Below, piece by piece: positions 1 through 11,596 of a stretch of 64,000 nucleotides of DNA. A program made the translations under genes and the position numbers. Numbering within the stretch: the stretch's first letter is position 1; every line of letters starts with the position of its first letter. The stretch spans positions 1,984,001 to 2,048,000 of the forward strand of contig CAWJWJ010000002.1 of NCBI GenBank assembly GCA_963846575.1, in the 5' to 3' direction. The notes below the pieces were generated by a model. That model searched no databases and was not told the DNA's origin. It worked only from the letters and a program-made list of their open reading frames with translations. This DNA comes from an uncultured Nitrospiraceae bacterium (GTDB taxonomy: Bacteria; Nitrospirota; Nitrospiria; Nitrospirales; Nitrospiraceae).

Positions 1-16
1 TGGGCCGAGAACCCTA

Positions 17-688
17 GTGGCGCGCTGGTTCGGTTGCCTTCGCAACCGGGGCTTCATCGGAACCGTCTTACGGGCCCTGTCCATGATTGAGGAACGGCTG
101 TTCGACTTGCATTACGGTACAGACACCGTGGCGCTCGTCAAACTGCTTCCAGAAGCAATCAATAGTCCAAACGCTGCCGAGGGTGTGGACTACATGCCGA
201 CAAGAATTCTTCCACTTCGGAAAGTGCTCGGGGCGTTGAATCCCGGCCCTGACAGCGTCCTCGTGGACTATGGCTGCGGCAAAGGCAGGGTTCTCCTCGT
301 CGCGGCGGAGTGTGGATTTACTCGAAGCGTCGGTATTGAATTCATGCCGGGGTTGTGCGACGTAGCTCGATTGAACCTGGCTCGGTACCGGCACAAGACC
401 GGGAGCAAGGCGGATATTCAGATCGTGCAGGCAGATGCTGTCGAGTATCAAGTCCAAGACGATCAAACACACTTCTATTTCTTTAATCCTTTTGAAGCCG
501 GGGTTCTGCATCAAGTTCTTCAGCGCGTTGCCCAATCGTTGCAACGGAACCCTCGTGTGGTTTACGTGATCTACAACAATCCACGGCACGGAGCCGTGGT
601 CGAAACCGTCGGTTTCTCTCCGGTAATGCAGTTCGAAGGTAAGGAGATAGTCGTCTATAGCAACGATCCTTCTGCTGTCAGTTCCTGA
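17..688 (+). CDS. Class I SAM-dependent methyltransferase
   Basis: Motif I VLVDYGCGKGRVL, then GIEF and YFFNPF; the start is uncertain because it lies at the window edge. Confidence 0.75.
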   Translation: MARWFGCLRNRGFIGTVLRALSMIEERLFDLHYGTDTVALVKLLPEAINSPNAAEGVDYMPTRILPLRKVLGALNPGPDSVLVDYGCGKGRVLLVAAECGFTRSVGIEFMPGLCDVARLNLARYRHKTGSKADIQIVQADAVEYQVQDDQTHFYFFNPFEAGVLHQVLQRVAQSLQRNPRVVYVIYNNPRHGAVVETVGFSPVMQFEGKEIVVYSNDPSAVSS

Positions 689-1417
689 ATATCTCCGTTT
701 ATGGACCCAGTGTTATGGTCATCGTCAAACCGCCAGGGATCTCTGGCCAACATAGATACTCCTGATCTCATGAGCGACATATGGTAGACCTGTGATCAAC
801 TGATGTAAGGTCGGGTTCCCCTTCACGCTCAGCACATCGGTTCTTCGCTACAAACTCCGCCACCTTGATATCGTCTTTGGGAATCCCAGCGCGTCCCAGG
901 TGAGGCGTGATCTGTCCTGTCCGTTCACTACGGGCAGGTGCTCCGGCAGCATCGGCTAATCCGACCTATGGGTGGGCCATCACCCCCTTACGAAGACATC
1001 AGTTGCGTTCATTTCATGAAGGCTCACTCTGGGAACAATCCATAGGAACACGTAACGGAAGTTCGTCCGTCCACGCCCCGACATGAAAATATTCACCGGT
1101 CACCACTAACCAGTCCAGGCTCAACCAGCCTGCACGATCACGTTCGAGCACGGCGTGATGTCAGCAGCCCCACCGGAGAGGTGCAATTTGCGCAGCTGAT
1201 GATGAGGATCAATCCGAGACGGAGTGAGTCCATTGACCATCCTTTGAGACGCGCGCCACTGGATCGACGAGAGTTCGTGGCATGGCCTCCGTCTTTGCTA
1301 TGGCCTCTTACAGTACTGGGTGGACACAGGATCAGGGGTGATTCCAAAAGGAACCGCTATGAAAGCGGGAAGGCTCGAAGGGAAAACGAACAATGGCAGA
1401 GAAAATATTGAGAATGT

Positions 1418-1492
1418 TGGAGCGGGCGATGGGATTTGAACCCACGACAACTTGCTTGGGAAGCAAGGACTCTACCACTGAGCTACGCCCGC
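1418..1492 (-). tRNA. tRNA-Gly (CCC)
   Basis: Reverse complement reads GCGGGCGTAGCTCAGTGGTAGAG...CTTGC-TT-CCC-AA-GCAAG...GGTTCAAATCCC...CGCCCGCTCCA; cloverleaf with encoded CCA. Confidence 0.97.
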
Positions 1493-1513
1493 CCCTCAAT
1501 ACAGAGGAGCCGA

Positions 1514-1542
1514 ATCCTACGCTGGCGCGGTGGTTAAGTCAA
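1514..1542 (-). promoter_or_regulatory. Putative sigma70 promoter for tRNA-Gly
   Basis: TTGACT-N17-TAGGAT on the minus strand, ~20 nt upstream of the tRNA. Confidence 0.55.
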
Positions 1543-1559
1543 GGTAACGGGCTTGCTGA

Positions 1560-2777
1560 CTAGGCCTTGTACTCCGCGACGGCAAATTTGCGGCGGCCGA
1601 CCCGCAGACGGAGCGTCGCGCCGGGCACCAGGGCAATGCTGGCGTTGGCATCCGTCAGTTTCTGCTCATCGACTTCCACCCCACCCTGCGCGATCAATCG
1701 CCGGGCTTCGCTCTTGCTCGGTACCAAGCCGGTCTTGGCGATCAAATCCACCAGGTTGATCGAGGGGGAGATGGCGTCCTTCACGTCGGACACCGTGAGG
1801 GTCACACTCGCATCAGGCTGCTGCGGAAACTCTCTCGCTTGAAATTTCTGCTGAAACAAACTCCGGGCTTCACGGCCGGCATCGGCACCATGGTACCGCG
1901 CAACCATCGCTTCCGCCAATGACTGCTTAGCGTCCATCGGATGGGCTGCTTTGACATCCGTCAGATTCTCCGTGGTCAACAACTCGTAATATCGATGCAT
2001 CAACGTATCACTGATAGACATGACCTTACCGAACATGTCGGCCGGCTTGTCTTCGAGCGCAATGTAGTTACCGAGGCTCTTGCTCATCTTCCGGACGCCG
2101 TCCGTGCCTTCCAGAAGCGGCATGGTGATGACGACCTGCGCCTCCTGTCCATAGTCCCGCTGAAGATCACGCCCCATCAGGAGATTGAATTTCTGGTCCG
2201 TCCCGCCCAGCTCCACGTCAGCCTTCAGCGCGACGGAGTCATATCCCTGGATCAAGGGATACATGAACTCGTGAATGCTGATCGGCTTCTCCTCCGTATA
2301 ACGCTTGTGAAAGTCTTCCCGCTCCAGCATGCGGGCCACCGTATAGTGCGCGCTGAGCTCGATCAGTTTGTCGGCCGTCATTGCACTCATCCAGCGACTA
2401 TTGAATTCCACCTGTGTTTTGTGGGGATCCAAAATCTTGAAGATCTGGCGCTCGTAGGTTTGGGCATTCTCCAGCACCTTTTCCCTGGAAAGCGCAACTC
2501 GCGTTTCAGATTGGCCGGTCGGATCGCCGATCATACCCGTAAAGTCGCCGATCAGAAAGATCACCTGATGGCCGAGATCTTGAAAATGCTTCAACTTGTG
2601 GATCAGGACCGTATGGCCCAGATGCAGGTCCGGGGCCGTGGGGTCAAACCCTGCCTTGATCCGAAGGGGACGTTGTTCCTTGATCGAGCGAGCCAACTTT
2701 GATTCGAGCTCGGCCGGCTGAATAGCCTCAACTATCCCTCGAAGTATTAACTCTAACTGTTGGGAGACAGGCGTCAC
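1560..2777 (-). CDS. tyrS: Tyrosine--tRNA ligase
   Basis: [13 protein letters not shown] (HIGH motif), KMSKS, C-terminal S4-like domain. Confidence 0.97.
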   Translation of the reverse strand: MTPVSQQLELILRGIVEAIQPAELESKLARSIKEQRPLRIKAGFDPTAPDLHLGHTVLIHKLKHFQDLGHQVIFLIGDFTGMIGDPTGQSETRVALSREKVLENAQTYERQIFKILDPHKTQVEFNSRWMSAMTADKLIELSAHYTVARMLEREDFHKRYTEEKPISIHEFMYPLIQGYDSVALKADVELGGTDQKFNLLMGRDLQRDYGQEAQVVITMPLLEGTDGVRKMSKSLGNYIALEDKPADMFGKVMSISDTLMHRYYELLTTENLTDVKAAHPMDAKQSLAEAMVARYHGADAGREARSLFQQKFQAREFPQQPDASVTLTVSDVKDAISPSINLVDLIAKTGLVPSKSEARRLIAQGGVEVDEQKLTDANASIALVPGATLRLRVGRRKFAVAEYKA

Positions 2778-3295
2778 AAGATTCCTTTATGTCGGACAGG
2801 GGATCGCGTGTTGGTTACGAGGACGTGGGGACGGATCTGGTCGAACTTCTTACGGCCGATGCCTTTGACTTGCCGGAGGTCTTCGACCCTCTTAAAGGGG
2901 CCGCGCGCCGTGCGGTGCGCTATCACCCGCTGCGCCAGCCTGGGGCCGATACCGGGCAACGCTTCCAGATCGGAGGCCGTGGCCTGGTTCAGATCCACTC
3001 GCGGCGTCTGGTCAGAATTTTTGACGTCCGAGCCTCCGGCTGCCGCAGCAGGCGCCGCCGCTTCAACGAAAGGAGTCTCCTGACCGCCCGGCATCTCGGC
3101 ACCCACGACAGGCCGTCCCCGCTCATTCGATACATCGTTTCTTTCCGGCCGAGCATTGACTGGAATCGAAGCCGCAGTCGCGGGTTCAATCCGATGCGGC
3201 GTCACCTGCCGTATCGGGGTTACCGAACCGATCCATATCAGGGATCCCAACGTCACCCCCAACATCGCGAGCTTGATGAGCAACGACTGCAACAT
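2774..3295 (-). CDS. comEA: ComEA-family helix-hairpin-helix DNA-binding protein
   Basis: N-terminal hydrophobic segment; C-terminal [26 protein letters not shown]...VKGIG HhH motifs; start taken at the ATG (MLQSLL) next to the lpdA stop. Confidence 0.8.
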   Translation of the reverse strand: MLQSLLIKLAMLGVTLGSLIWIGSVTPIRQVTPHRIEPATAASIPVNARPERNDVSNERGRPVVGAEMPGGQETPFVEAAAPAAAAGGSDVKNSDQTPRVDLNQATASDLEALPGIGPRLAQRVIAHRTARGPFKRVEDLRQVKGIGRKKFDQIRPHVLVTNTRSPVRHKGIL

Positions 3296-3296
3296 A

Positions 3297-4719
3297 CTAG
3301 GAGGTCTTCCTCGCGAGGTGAATCGCTCGGGCGTGAACATCTTCAATGGCTTCCATGAAGCCCTCGGCAAAGGTGGGGTGTGCATGGATCATGTCTGCCA
3401 CGTGTGACACCGTAGCGCCGGCATGCATCGCGAGCGCGGCTTCATGAATCAGATCGGTCGCATGGGCCCCTAGGATATGTGCGCCCAGAATCCGATCAGT
3501 CTCCGCGTCGGCAATCACCTTGACCAAACCTTGAATGTCGCCCGTGGCCTGGGCCTTCCCTACACCGCCATAGCGGAAACGCCCGACCCTCAACGAAGAC
3601 TGTGGATCCTTTCCGGCTTCCTGACATCGATCCCGGGCCTGCTGTTCCGTGAGTCCGACGCGGCCGATCTCAGGTAACGTAAAGATGCCGGTCGGGATGA
3701 TCTCGTAGTTGATCGTACGCGCATGCCCCAGAAAATTCTCAGCCGCCACTTTTCCCTGGGCTGAGGCCACATGAGCCAGCATCGCCTTCCCGGTCACATC
3801 GCCGATCGCATAGACTCCGGATACATTGGTCTCCATCCGATCGGTCACGGGAATTTCCCCCCGCGAGCCGACTTCGACACCGACTTTCTCGAGACCGATG
3901 CCGCGAGAATTGAATCCCCGTCCCACGGAGACAAGCACCTGCTCTACGTCGAAAGAGAGGCCGTTGCGCAGATGAGCGGTCACCACCTGAGGCTGCCGCG
4001 CGATGCTGTCCACCGTCACGCCGGTGTGGATGTCGACTCCCCGCTTCTTCAGTTCGCGCTCCATCATCTGGCTGATCTCTTCATCCTCCAGCGGTAGCAG
4101 ACCGCGGGAGAAGTTCGACCATGATCACTCGCGTCCCGAGCCCGCTGTACAGCGACGCAAACTCGCATCCCTCCACCCCTCCTCCCACAATGAGGAGGCT
4201 GGTCGGAATTCGCTCCAAGTCCAGCGCCTGCTTGCTGGTGATGATCTGCGTTCCATCGATGGGAAACAGAGGAAGGTTCGGCCAGGAAGACCCCGTGGCG
4301 ATGATCACGCCGTCGGCCACCACCTGCGTGTCAGTGCCATCCGGCCTGGTGACACGAATGGTATGGGCATCGAGCAATTCCCCCCTGCCCTCCACATGAT
4401 CAATCTTCCAGGTCTTGAAGAGCGTGCCGATACCCTTCACCAGCGTGGAGACTACTTTGTTTTTCCTGGCCACCATGACGGCAGGATCGTACGTGATCGG
4501 ACCACCGAGCTGGAGACCAAGCTCCTTGGCCTTTTTGGCTTTGTCGCCCAGTTCCACCACCGACAACAGTGCCTTGCTCGGGATGCAACCCCAGTTCAAA
4601 CAGACGCCGCCAAGCGCCCGATCTTCGACGACGGAGACACGGGCTCCCAGTTGGGCCGCGCGAATCGCCGCCACGTACCCACCGGGACCCGCGCCGAGAA
4701 TTGCAAGGTGTTTCGACAT
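3297..4719 (-). CDS. lpdA: Dihydrolipoyl dehydrogenase, split by a +1 frameshift near 4102
   Basis: GAGPGG, GGVCLNWGCIPSK redox disulfide, C-terminal HAHPTFAE; removing one base in CCGCGGTCTG gives ...LLPRLLPLEDEEISQMM... and joins the two ORFs. Confidence 0.9.
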
Positions 4720-4818
4720 GACAACGAAATTCCGTCAGGATTGACTACAGAGGTGTCGAGAACATCTTCAGCAGGGAGATACCCGTTCGATGAACCCTTG
4801 GCCCCACGATGCTGAGTA

Positions 4819-5206
4819 CTAATGTTTTTGCTTGCTCAGGAACTCTTCATACTGCTTCGACGTCATGAGTCCTTCCACTTCAGCCGGAGCGGTGATGTCC
4901 AGCACGGCCATCCAACCCTTTCCATAGGGATCGGAATTGACAGACTCCGGATGATCCTTAAGATCGGCATTGATCTTCGTGATCGTTCCGCTCACGGGCG
5001 TATAGATCGGTGGAGGTGGTTTTAGTGGACTCCACTTCCCCGATCTGCTGGCCCGCGGTCACCTTGACGCCCACCTTCGGAAGGTCGATGAAGACGATGT
5101 CTCCCAGCGCATCCTGGGCAAAATGACTGATGCCGATCGTCGCATGCGTCCCTTCGACGCGGACCCATTCGTGTTCTTCATGGTAACGGAGATTGGACGG
5201 TATCAT
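4819..5206 (-). CDS. gcvH: Glycine cleavage system H protein (lipoyl carrier), +1 frameshift near 5008
   Basis: HEWVRVEG...[19 protein letters not shown]...VESTK; after removing one base it continues [14 protein letters not shown]...NSDPYGKGW to TAG at 4819-4821. Confidence 0.9.
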
Positions 5207-5302
5207 GACACTCCTCTTCGCGGCCGCCATGCTGGCGACCTACATAAATAAGCCACGTTCAGTCAGCGGGTTGCGCGATCGTAAAAGTTGCGGAATGCTT
5301 TG

Positions 5303-6854
5303 TCAAGGAATCGTCCCTTCCAAATCCGGCACAAACACGAGGTGCCGGATGTCCGGGGTGCGCAGTTCGTCCGCCTGCTGCGCGAGTCCCGTGAACATCC
5401 CCGCGCCATGTTCAGCCGGCGTATGGAGTAGCACCCACCCTTGCGGAAGAGTCTGAGGTTCCCCTTTCCCCGTTTGCACCACGTCCCGGCTCCATCCCTT
5501 CAACGAGCCTCCGAAAGCCCGAACCTCTGAAGCATCGCGGGTTGGTCCACCCACCAGGAGATCAAATCCCCTGCGGCGCGCTTCTGCCGCATCTTCACCG
5601 TAGTTCACGAGGGCTGACGTCGGATTCGACAAGGCCTCCGGATGAACCTCCAGGACCAGACGCAACCGGGGGAGTGCCTTCTGGAGGTGCTTCCTCAGCA
5701 GGGTCATTACCTCAAGTTCCTGGCGTGCCTTCCAGCCCACCCATCGCCAGAGCGTCTTGTCGGAACCGGCCGTGGACGCATTCGGTCGAAGGGTCATCCG
5801 ATCACGCAGGGCTTGTGCCACTTCGGCTGAGGGTTGATGGAACTGCGTTTCGAATTGACGCAACAGGCCGTCACTCACTTCATAGGCGAAGCTATTCTCC
5901 GGCCTTGCCCGGAAGACAATCCCGTCGACTCCGGTCTTCGTAAGGTCCGATAACAACTGCGCCATCGATTGCTGCACCGCCGGAGCCAGCAAATCGAACT
6001 GTGTCCATGGATGCACCTTGCGCCTGGTCGGATCATAGAGGAGCACACGGGTATTCGGACGGATGTCGGACAGCGGCGCATGAAACAGATCGATGACGGC
6101 ATAGACTGGAAATGCCCAGTTCATGCGCCTGCGGCACAATCACGCTGTACCAATCAGCGAGCACCGGGCCTCGCGATGTTGCAAACAGTGCGCCCTTGGG
6201 GACTTCTGGCGAACGGCCGGTTGTGGCAGCACCGATCGGAATCGCGGGCCTGGTAAATGCGGACTCCGGGCTCGCATCCAACAAAATCGCACTGATCCCC
6301 TGCGCGCTCAGGTTCCTGGCCCAGGATTCCACCTGGGAAAGCGGCGGCAGATTGTTGAATGAGACATAGAATGCCGTATGGCCCGACCGCACGCCTGACG
6401 GCAAGGCCGGCTGATTGCGCAACGTCTCAATGCGATGCGATGCCCGGTCGGCATACGAACTCAGGGCGGCGGGCGGGGCCCCTTCAGGACCGGCCAATAT
6501 GCGGTACTCTTTCACCGCCGCCGCGATCTCACCCATCTGTTCATAGGCTTGTGCCAGATCCCAGTGGGCTTCCATCGCGCGGCGGGATTTGGGATAGGTG
6601 AGAAGATACCGCTCGTAGAGATGAATCGCGGCCGAATAGCGACCGTCTGAGAACGCGGTGGAGGCCTGATACCAGAGCCGTGTCTCCGCCTCGACTGCCG
6701 GGTCGCCGATTGGCTCTGTCACGGGAACCGGTGGCGCAGCCGAGCAGGCGGAGAAAAGCAGGGTGGCCAGAATCAGGAACAGTGGTAGTGCACCGGCCCG
6801 GCGGCCCCGATCGGACCGCCGAGCATTCAGTGCGTGACGACAATCTGCGCTCAA
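5303..6854 (-). CDS. Lipoprotein with BamD/YfiO-like TPR and a C-terminal glycoside-hydrolase-like (PgaB C-terminal/GHL13-like) domain; +1 frameshift near 6107
   Basis: Lipobox LFSAC; TPR segment YSAAIHLYERYLLTYPKS...AHWDLAQAYE; one-base correction gives QAHELGISVYAVIDLF, followed by GVDGIVF and WRWVGWKA. Confidence 0.55.
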
Positions 6855-6860
6855 AACGGT

Positions 6861-7280
6861 CTACCCGACCAACTCCATTTCGGAAAAGAAATATCCGATT
6901 TCAAATTTGGCCGTATCGGGCGCATCGGAGCCATGGACCGCATTGAATTCAATATTTGCTCCATGGGCGGCACGAATGGTGCCGTTCTCCGCTTTAGCCG
7001 GATCGGTCGCCCCCATAATTTGACGGTTGACCTTGATCGCGTTATCCCCTAGCAAGACCAGCACCACGCAAGGTCCGGAAGACATGAACGTGCAGAGACT
7101 GTCGAAGAACGGTCTGGCCTTATGGACCGCATAGAAACCCTGGGCCGTGGACTTGGACAAGTGCATCAATCGAATGGCGACCGGCTTCAAGCCCGCCTTC
7201 TCGTATCGATGAATGATGTCGCCGATGGCGTTCTTTTTTACGGCGTCCGGCTTGATGATTGCGAGAGTACGTTCACTCAT
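6861..7280 (-). CDS. ndk: Nucleoside diphosphate kinase
   Basis: [12 protein letters not shown] and active-site NAVHGSD. Confidence 0.97.
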   Translation of the reverse strand: MSERTLAIIKPDAVKKNAIGDIIHRYEKAGLKPVAIRLMHLSKSTAQGFYAVHKARPFFDSLCTFMSSGPCVVLVLLGDNAIKVNRQIMGATDPAKAENGTIRAAHGANIEFNAVHGSDAPDTAKFEIGYFFSEMELVG

Positions 7281-7340
7281 TGGTTGTCGGGCTCCTTCAA
7301 CTAGAAAAGGTCATGGCCGTCGTTGTCATTCGCTTGCGGC

Positions 7341-7370
7341 ATTATAAAGAAGGCGCGGAATGACTGGCAA
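7341..7370 (-). promoter_or_regulatory. Putative sigma70 promoter for ndk
   Basis: TTGCCA-N18-TATAAT on the minus strand. Confidence 0.5.
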
Positions 7371-7412
7371 GGCAAAGGACTCCCGTCCCGAGGAGGAACC
7401 GGCAGCGGAAGC

Positions 7413-7439
7413 TGAACCTGTCACTCGGCGGCAGGTTCA
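7413..7439. terminator. Hairpin downstream of mtnA
   Basis: TGAACCTG...CAGGTTCA inverted repeat just after the mtnA stop. Confidence 0.4.
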
Positions 7440-7450
7440 CTCTTCCCTCA

Positions 7451-8482
7451 TTACGATTGAAACTGTGCGGCAAGGTCGCCCGGTTTGAAAACCCCTCGTT
7501 CCGTGATAATCCCGGTGATCAAATGAGCTGGCGTGACATCAAAGGCGGGATTCAATACCGCAACGCCCTCCGGAGCAATGGGATGGCTTCCGTGGATGGC
7601 GGTAACTTCCAGGGCCTGGCGTTGCTCGATGGGAATATCTGCCCCCGATCTGGTGTTGAGGTCAATCGTGGTGTAGGGCGCCGCCACATAAAAGGGGATG
7701 TCGTGGGCCCGTGCCAGCACCGCGACCGAATACGTCCCGATTTTGTTCGCGACGTCTCCGTTTGCGGCAATGCGATCCGCGCCCACGATACAGACCTGAA
7801 TGCTGCCCTGGCGCATGAGGGCACCCGCCATGTTGTCCGTAATCAACGTGACAGGAATCTTGTCCTGCATGAGTTCCCATGCCGTCAGTCGCGCGCCCTG
7901 TAGTACCGGCCTCGTTTCATCGGCAATGACCCGAATCTGTTTCCCTTGCTCCCACGCCGCCCGAATGACGCCGAGCGCTGTCCCATATCCGGCCGTCGCC
8001 AGTGCGCCGGCATTGCAGTGCGTGAGAATCGTCTGGCCAGTGTGAATTAACGCCGCTCCGTGCCGCCCCATCGCCTTGCAGAGTGCGATGTCTTCATCGA
8101 GAATGGCTTGCGATTCCTGGACCAGTGCCTCCTGAATCGCGTCTATGGCCTGCCCCTGAAGACCCGCAAGTTTCTGTTTCATCCTGGCCAGTGCCCAGAA
8201 GAGATTCACGGCTGTCGGCCTTGATGCGGCCAAATGGTCGCAAATGTCTCCGACTGCCTGCACGAATTCCTCGTAGGTCGTGGTGTCCAGCGAACGGGCC
8301 CCCAACGCCACGCCCATGGCCGCGGTGACTCCGATGGCCGGAGCGCCGCGGACCTTCAGATCCCGGATGGCTCGCGCCACCGTTTGATAATCGCGGCACT
8401 CTATGAATTCGACATGGGTCGGGAGCCGGCTTTGGTCTAGCAGCCGAATGGCCCCGTTCTTCCACTCGACAGTGGGCACCAT
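7451..8482 (-). CDS. mtnA: S-methyl-5-thioribose-1-phosphate isomerase
   Basis: [52 protein letters not shown]; start at MVPTVEW. Confidence 0.95.
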   Translation of the reverse strand: MVPTVEWKNGAIRLLDQSRLPTHVEFIECRDYQTVARAIRDLKVRGAPAIGVTAAMGVALGARSLDTTTYEEFVQAVGDICDHLAASRPTAVNLFWALARMKQKLAGLQGQAIDAIQEALVQESQAILDEDIALCKAMGRHGAALIHTGQTILTHCNAGALATAGYGTALGVIRAAWEQGKQIRVIADETRPVLQGARLTAWELMQDKIPVTLITDNMAGALMRQGSIQVCIVGADRIAANGDVANKIGTYSVAVLARAHDIPFYVAAPYTTIDLNTRSGADIPIEQRQALEVTAIHGSHPIAPEGVAVLNPAFDVTPAHLITGIITERGVFKPGDLAAQFQS

Positions 8483-8671
8483 ACTGAGCCTTTTCAGAGG
8501 GTTCAGGGTTGCGATTGAGGAAAGGACCGACCGTCCCCTCGTGGTCGGCTCGGTAATCGTATCCATCATGACGAACACCCATGTATCGGTCAAGAGTGAG
8601 ATTGGATTGTGCGGAACCACGGGCTGCCGGTCGGTGTCGACCCGGGATCCCGCCAACGGTGAGACTACGCT

Positions 8672-9740
8672 CTACCGGAGTTCGTCCTGCAGGATTTGTG
8701 CAACCTGCCTGATTTCTCCCTCGGTCAGCGATGGATGAATCGGTAGCGAGATCGCGGCACCATCGGCCTCGTCGCTGGCAGGAAAGTCGGATAGCTCCAG
8801 GTAGCGATGCAGGGGCCGGAACACCGGTTTACGGCACTGCACGCCCCGATGAGCCAACCGCGAAAGATAGGCCGTGAACTCATCGGGTGATTGCAACCCT
8901 TTCGGCAACCGTACGACAAAACGATAATAGCAATGGGTATGGCCGGGCGGGATTGAGGGCAATGTAAAAATCTGCGCTGGTAACGCGTCACAATAGACCG
9001 AGGCCAACAAGGCTCGCTGATCCAGAAACGCTCCGAGCTGATTCAGCTGCGCCACTCCCACTGCGGCTTGGATATCGGTCATCTTGTAGTTGCAGGCTGA
9101 CGCATGGAGCGACGGGGCTTGATCGTACTCACGAAGCTCGCGCACCCGGTCGAGCAGGTCCGCATCATTCGACAGCACCATTCCGCCTTCTCCCGTGCAG
9201 AGCAGTTTGGTGGCATAGAACGAGCAGACTGTCAGCAGACCGACGGTCCCCACGAAACGCCCCTGTTCGGTCGCGCCCAGCGTCTGCGCGCAATCCTCGA
9301 TCAGAGGAACGCCGAGCGATTGCAACGCACTGAGGTCCGCTGACAGCCCGAACATGTGTGGAACGATAACCGCGCGCGTGCGGGCCGTGCGGACTTTGCG
9401 AACCTTGTGCGGGTCAATATTGTAGGTTTCCGGATCGATGTCCACGATGCGAGCCTGGGCGCCGACCCGCTGCACCGCCAGCCATGGAGCCGAGCAGACA
9501 TAACTGGGAAGAATCACATTGTCGCCGTGCCCGACCCCGAGCGCACGCAGCGCCAGTTCCAGGGCGACCGTGCCGGATGTCACCGCGACACCACCTTGTA
9601 AGCCGAAGATAGGCCGACATCCCCCGTTCGAATTGGGCGACCGCCGGACCTTGAGCAACGTGGCCGGACCGAATGACCTCGGTGACGGCCCGCACCTCTT
9701 CTGAGCCTAGGGAGGGTCGGGAGTGAGGAATCATCTCCAT
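8672..9740 (-). CDS. DegT/DnrJ/EryC1/StrS family PLP aminotransferase; +1 frameshift near 9606
   Basis: N-terminus MIPHSRPSLG...GPAVAQFE, IEDCAQ, SFYATKLLCTGEGG; one-base correction gives AYLGLQGGVAVTSGT. Confidence 0.85.
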
Positions 9741-10018
9741 CGCATCACGGATGGCGGCTCATGAGCAGCCATGGGGGAAGGAAACCGTCAAGATGGGGTT
9801 CAGAGGTACCATTCGGGGCAAATTCTACGTTTCAGACCTCAGGAATACAACTGTCTCCTGCAGTCCCTGTATTCCCGCCGTCAGAACGGATATCGGTGCG
9901 GCAAGGACCATGTTGAAACAGGCCTGGGGGCCGCCGAAGGATCATTCACATGCCCTGGGCCCTCTCACATGTGCCACCTCAGGTCCATGGCTGAGGGAGG
10001 CCACTTCGGCCGGGGGCG

Positions 10019-11197
10019 CTAACATGCGACGGCATTCGGAGTGAGCAATTCCTGATACAGCTGGTTTAAGGGCCAGAGGCAGCTTTCCCAATCGTACCAG
10101 ACCTCGGCCTGATTACGAGCTGCACGCGAAAATCGTTCGCGGTCGGCCTGACTGGTCAGCAACGTATGAACCGATTCAGCCATGTCGGCCGGTTGATCAG
10201 CGATGAGTAAATCTCTCCCGGGTTGTACCTTTATTCCTTCAATGGCGATAGAGGAGGTGATGATCGGCAATCCTCCGGCCATGGCCTCGAGCAACCTCAT
10301 TCTGACTCCCGAACCGGCGACGTGGGGAGCCACGTAAATCGTCGCGGCGCGCAAATGGGGCCGGATGTCAGGCACGGCCCCCGTCACCACAATGCCGGAG
10401 CCTGCCAGGCGTCGTATACTGGGGTCGGTTTCTCCCACCAGCCGCAACTCTGCCTGGGGAAAATCCCGGCGAATCGCAGGAAACACGTCGGAGGCGAGCA
10501 GAAGCGCCGCTTCGATGTGGGATTCGCACGTCATGTCGCCGGTGAACAAGAGAACAGGAGACGTGGTCGTATGATCAGGCCTGGGAAGTATCGTCCGACA
10601 GTCTACGCCGTCGGGAACCACCAGCACGCGCCGCCCGGGGTGGCCGCGCTCACAACGGATACGGTCCTCGTCTGCAGCCACCACGGTACAATAGGTGGCC
10701 GGCCAGCGATATTTATCAAACAGCCCGGTTTTGATCAGGCGCACCATGTGCGTCGATCGGCCGACTGCGTCCGTACCGCCACTCAGGGAACGCGACGGCT
10801 GCGCCTCACCGTAAGCCCAGACGCCGAGTACAAGCGGGACGGTCATCTTGGATGGCACACAGGGGATCATCGCAAGCGTTTCCACCTGTACCGCACCGTA
10901 CTCCCCGGTCGCCAACCGCTCTTGAACGAGGGCGGCCAGGGCCTTGTCTTTGACGTAGGAACCCCTGTGTCTGATACGCTCGAGCAACCCAGGCCGCTGA
11001 GGCGTAAGCTGCACCATTTCGACCGCCACACCGTCCAACAGTGGCCCTATCTTCTCCATCCATTCTGGCAACGGAACAATCAGATCCACCTGGAATCGGC
11101 GGCCTAAAAATCGAAGCAGGTGGAGCATCCTCAAGGCATCCCTGCCCTGCCGGTCTGACGGGGGTTCGGGAGCTATGAACAGCAGACGCTTTGCCAT
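10019..11197 (-). CDS. Glycosyltransferase family 4
   Basis: VVPDGVD, LLFTGDM, VTGAVPDIRPHL, RLLEAMAGGLPII, YDW (GT-B fold). Confidence 0.8.
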   Translation of the reverse strand: MAKRLLFIAPEPPSDRQGRDALRMLHLLRFLGRRFQVDLIVPLPEWMEKIGPLLDGVAVEMVQLTPQRPGLLERIRHRGSYVKDKALAALVQERLATGEYGAVQVETLAMIPCVPSKMTVPLVLGVWAYGEAQPSRSLSGGTDAVGRSTHMVRLIKTGLFDKYRWPATYCTVVAADEDRIRCERGHPGRRVLVVPDGVDCRTILPRPDHTTTSPVLLFTGDMTCESHIEAALLLASDVFPAIRRDFPQAELRLVGETDPSIRRLAGSGIVVTGAVPDIRPHLRAATIYVAPHVAGSGVRMRLLEAMAGGLPIITSSIAIEGIKVQPGRDLLIADQPADMAESVHTLLTSQADRERFSRAARNQAEVWYDWESCLWPLNQLYQELLTPNAVAC

Positions 11198-11596
11198 CGT
11201 GCCCTTCCTTGCTGTCTGGCCATCATTCCGGCACAACCTCGGGGCTGGCCTGGCATCTTTTCGAATACTGCACTCTCACAGACGTTTAAAGGGCACGGCC
11301 AGCGCTCGTCAGCGCGGAACTACATCATCGTACGACTGGGGTGAGGCATGGCCTCACTCGTCAGGATGAACGCTGATACGAACATACTGATGCCTGCATG
11401 TGTCATGCCCTGCCCGGTCGCTTTGGCCGCCATACAATATTGATTACTTACGTCAGAAACAGAACCCCAAGACGCGTCGGAATTGACAAGCTGACCAGGC
11501 CGTTGACGGGTCATGGCCTGCTGGGAGGGGTAGCAATCGCCCCCTTGGGGGGGAAGATCGAAGCAATGCGGACAGCTGTACCCTATGACCGCTGGC

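Noticed and set aside
4081..4110. Programmed ribosomal frameshift in lpdA or gcvH
   Set aside because: No slippery heptamer or stimulatory structure; the pattern fits base-calling overcalls.
8483..8671. Possible SAM riboswitch upstream of mtnA
   Set aside because: Only a promoter-like TTGACC-N17-CATGAT and a small hairpin are present; no recognisable SAM riboswitch core.
11200..11596. Intergenic ORF or sigma54 promoter upstream of the GT4 gene
   Set aside because: The ORFs have no recognisable features, and I found no convincing TGGCAC-N5-TTGC match.
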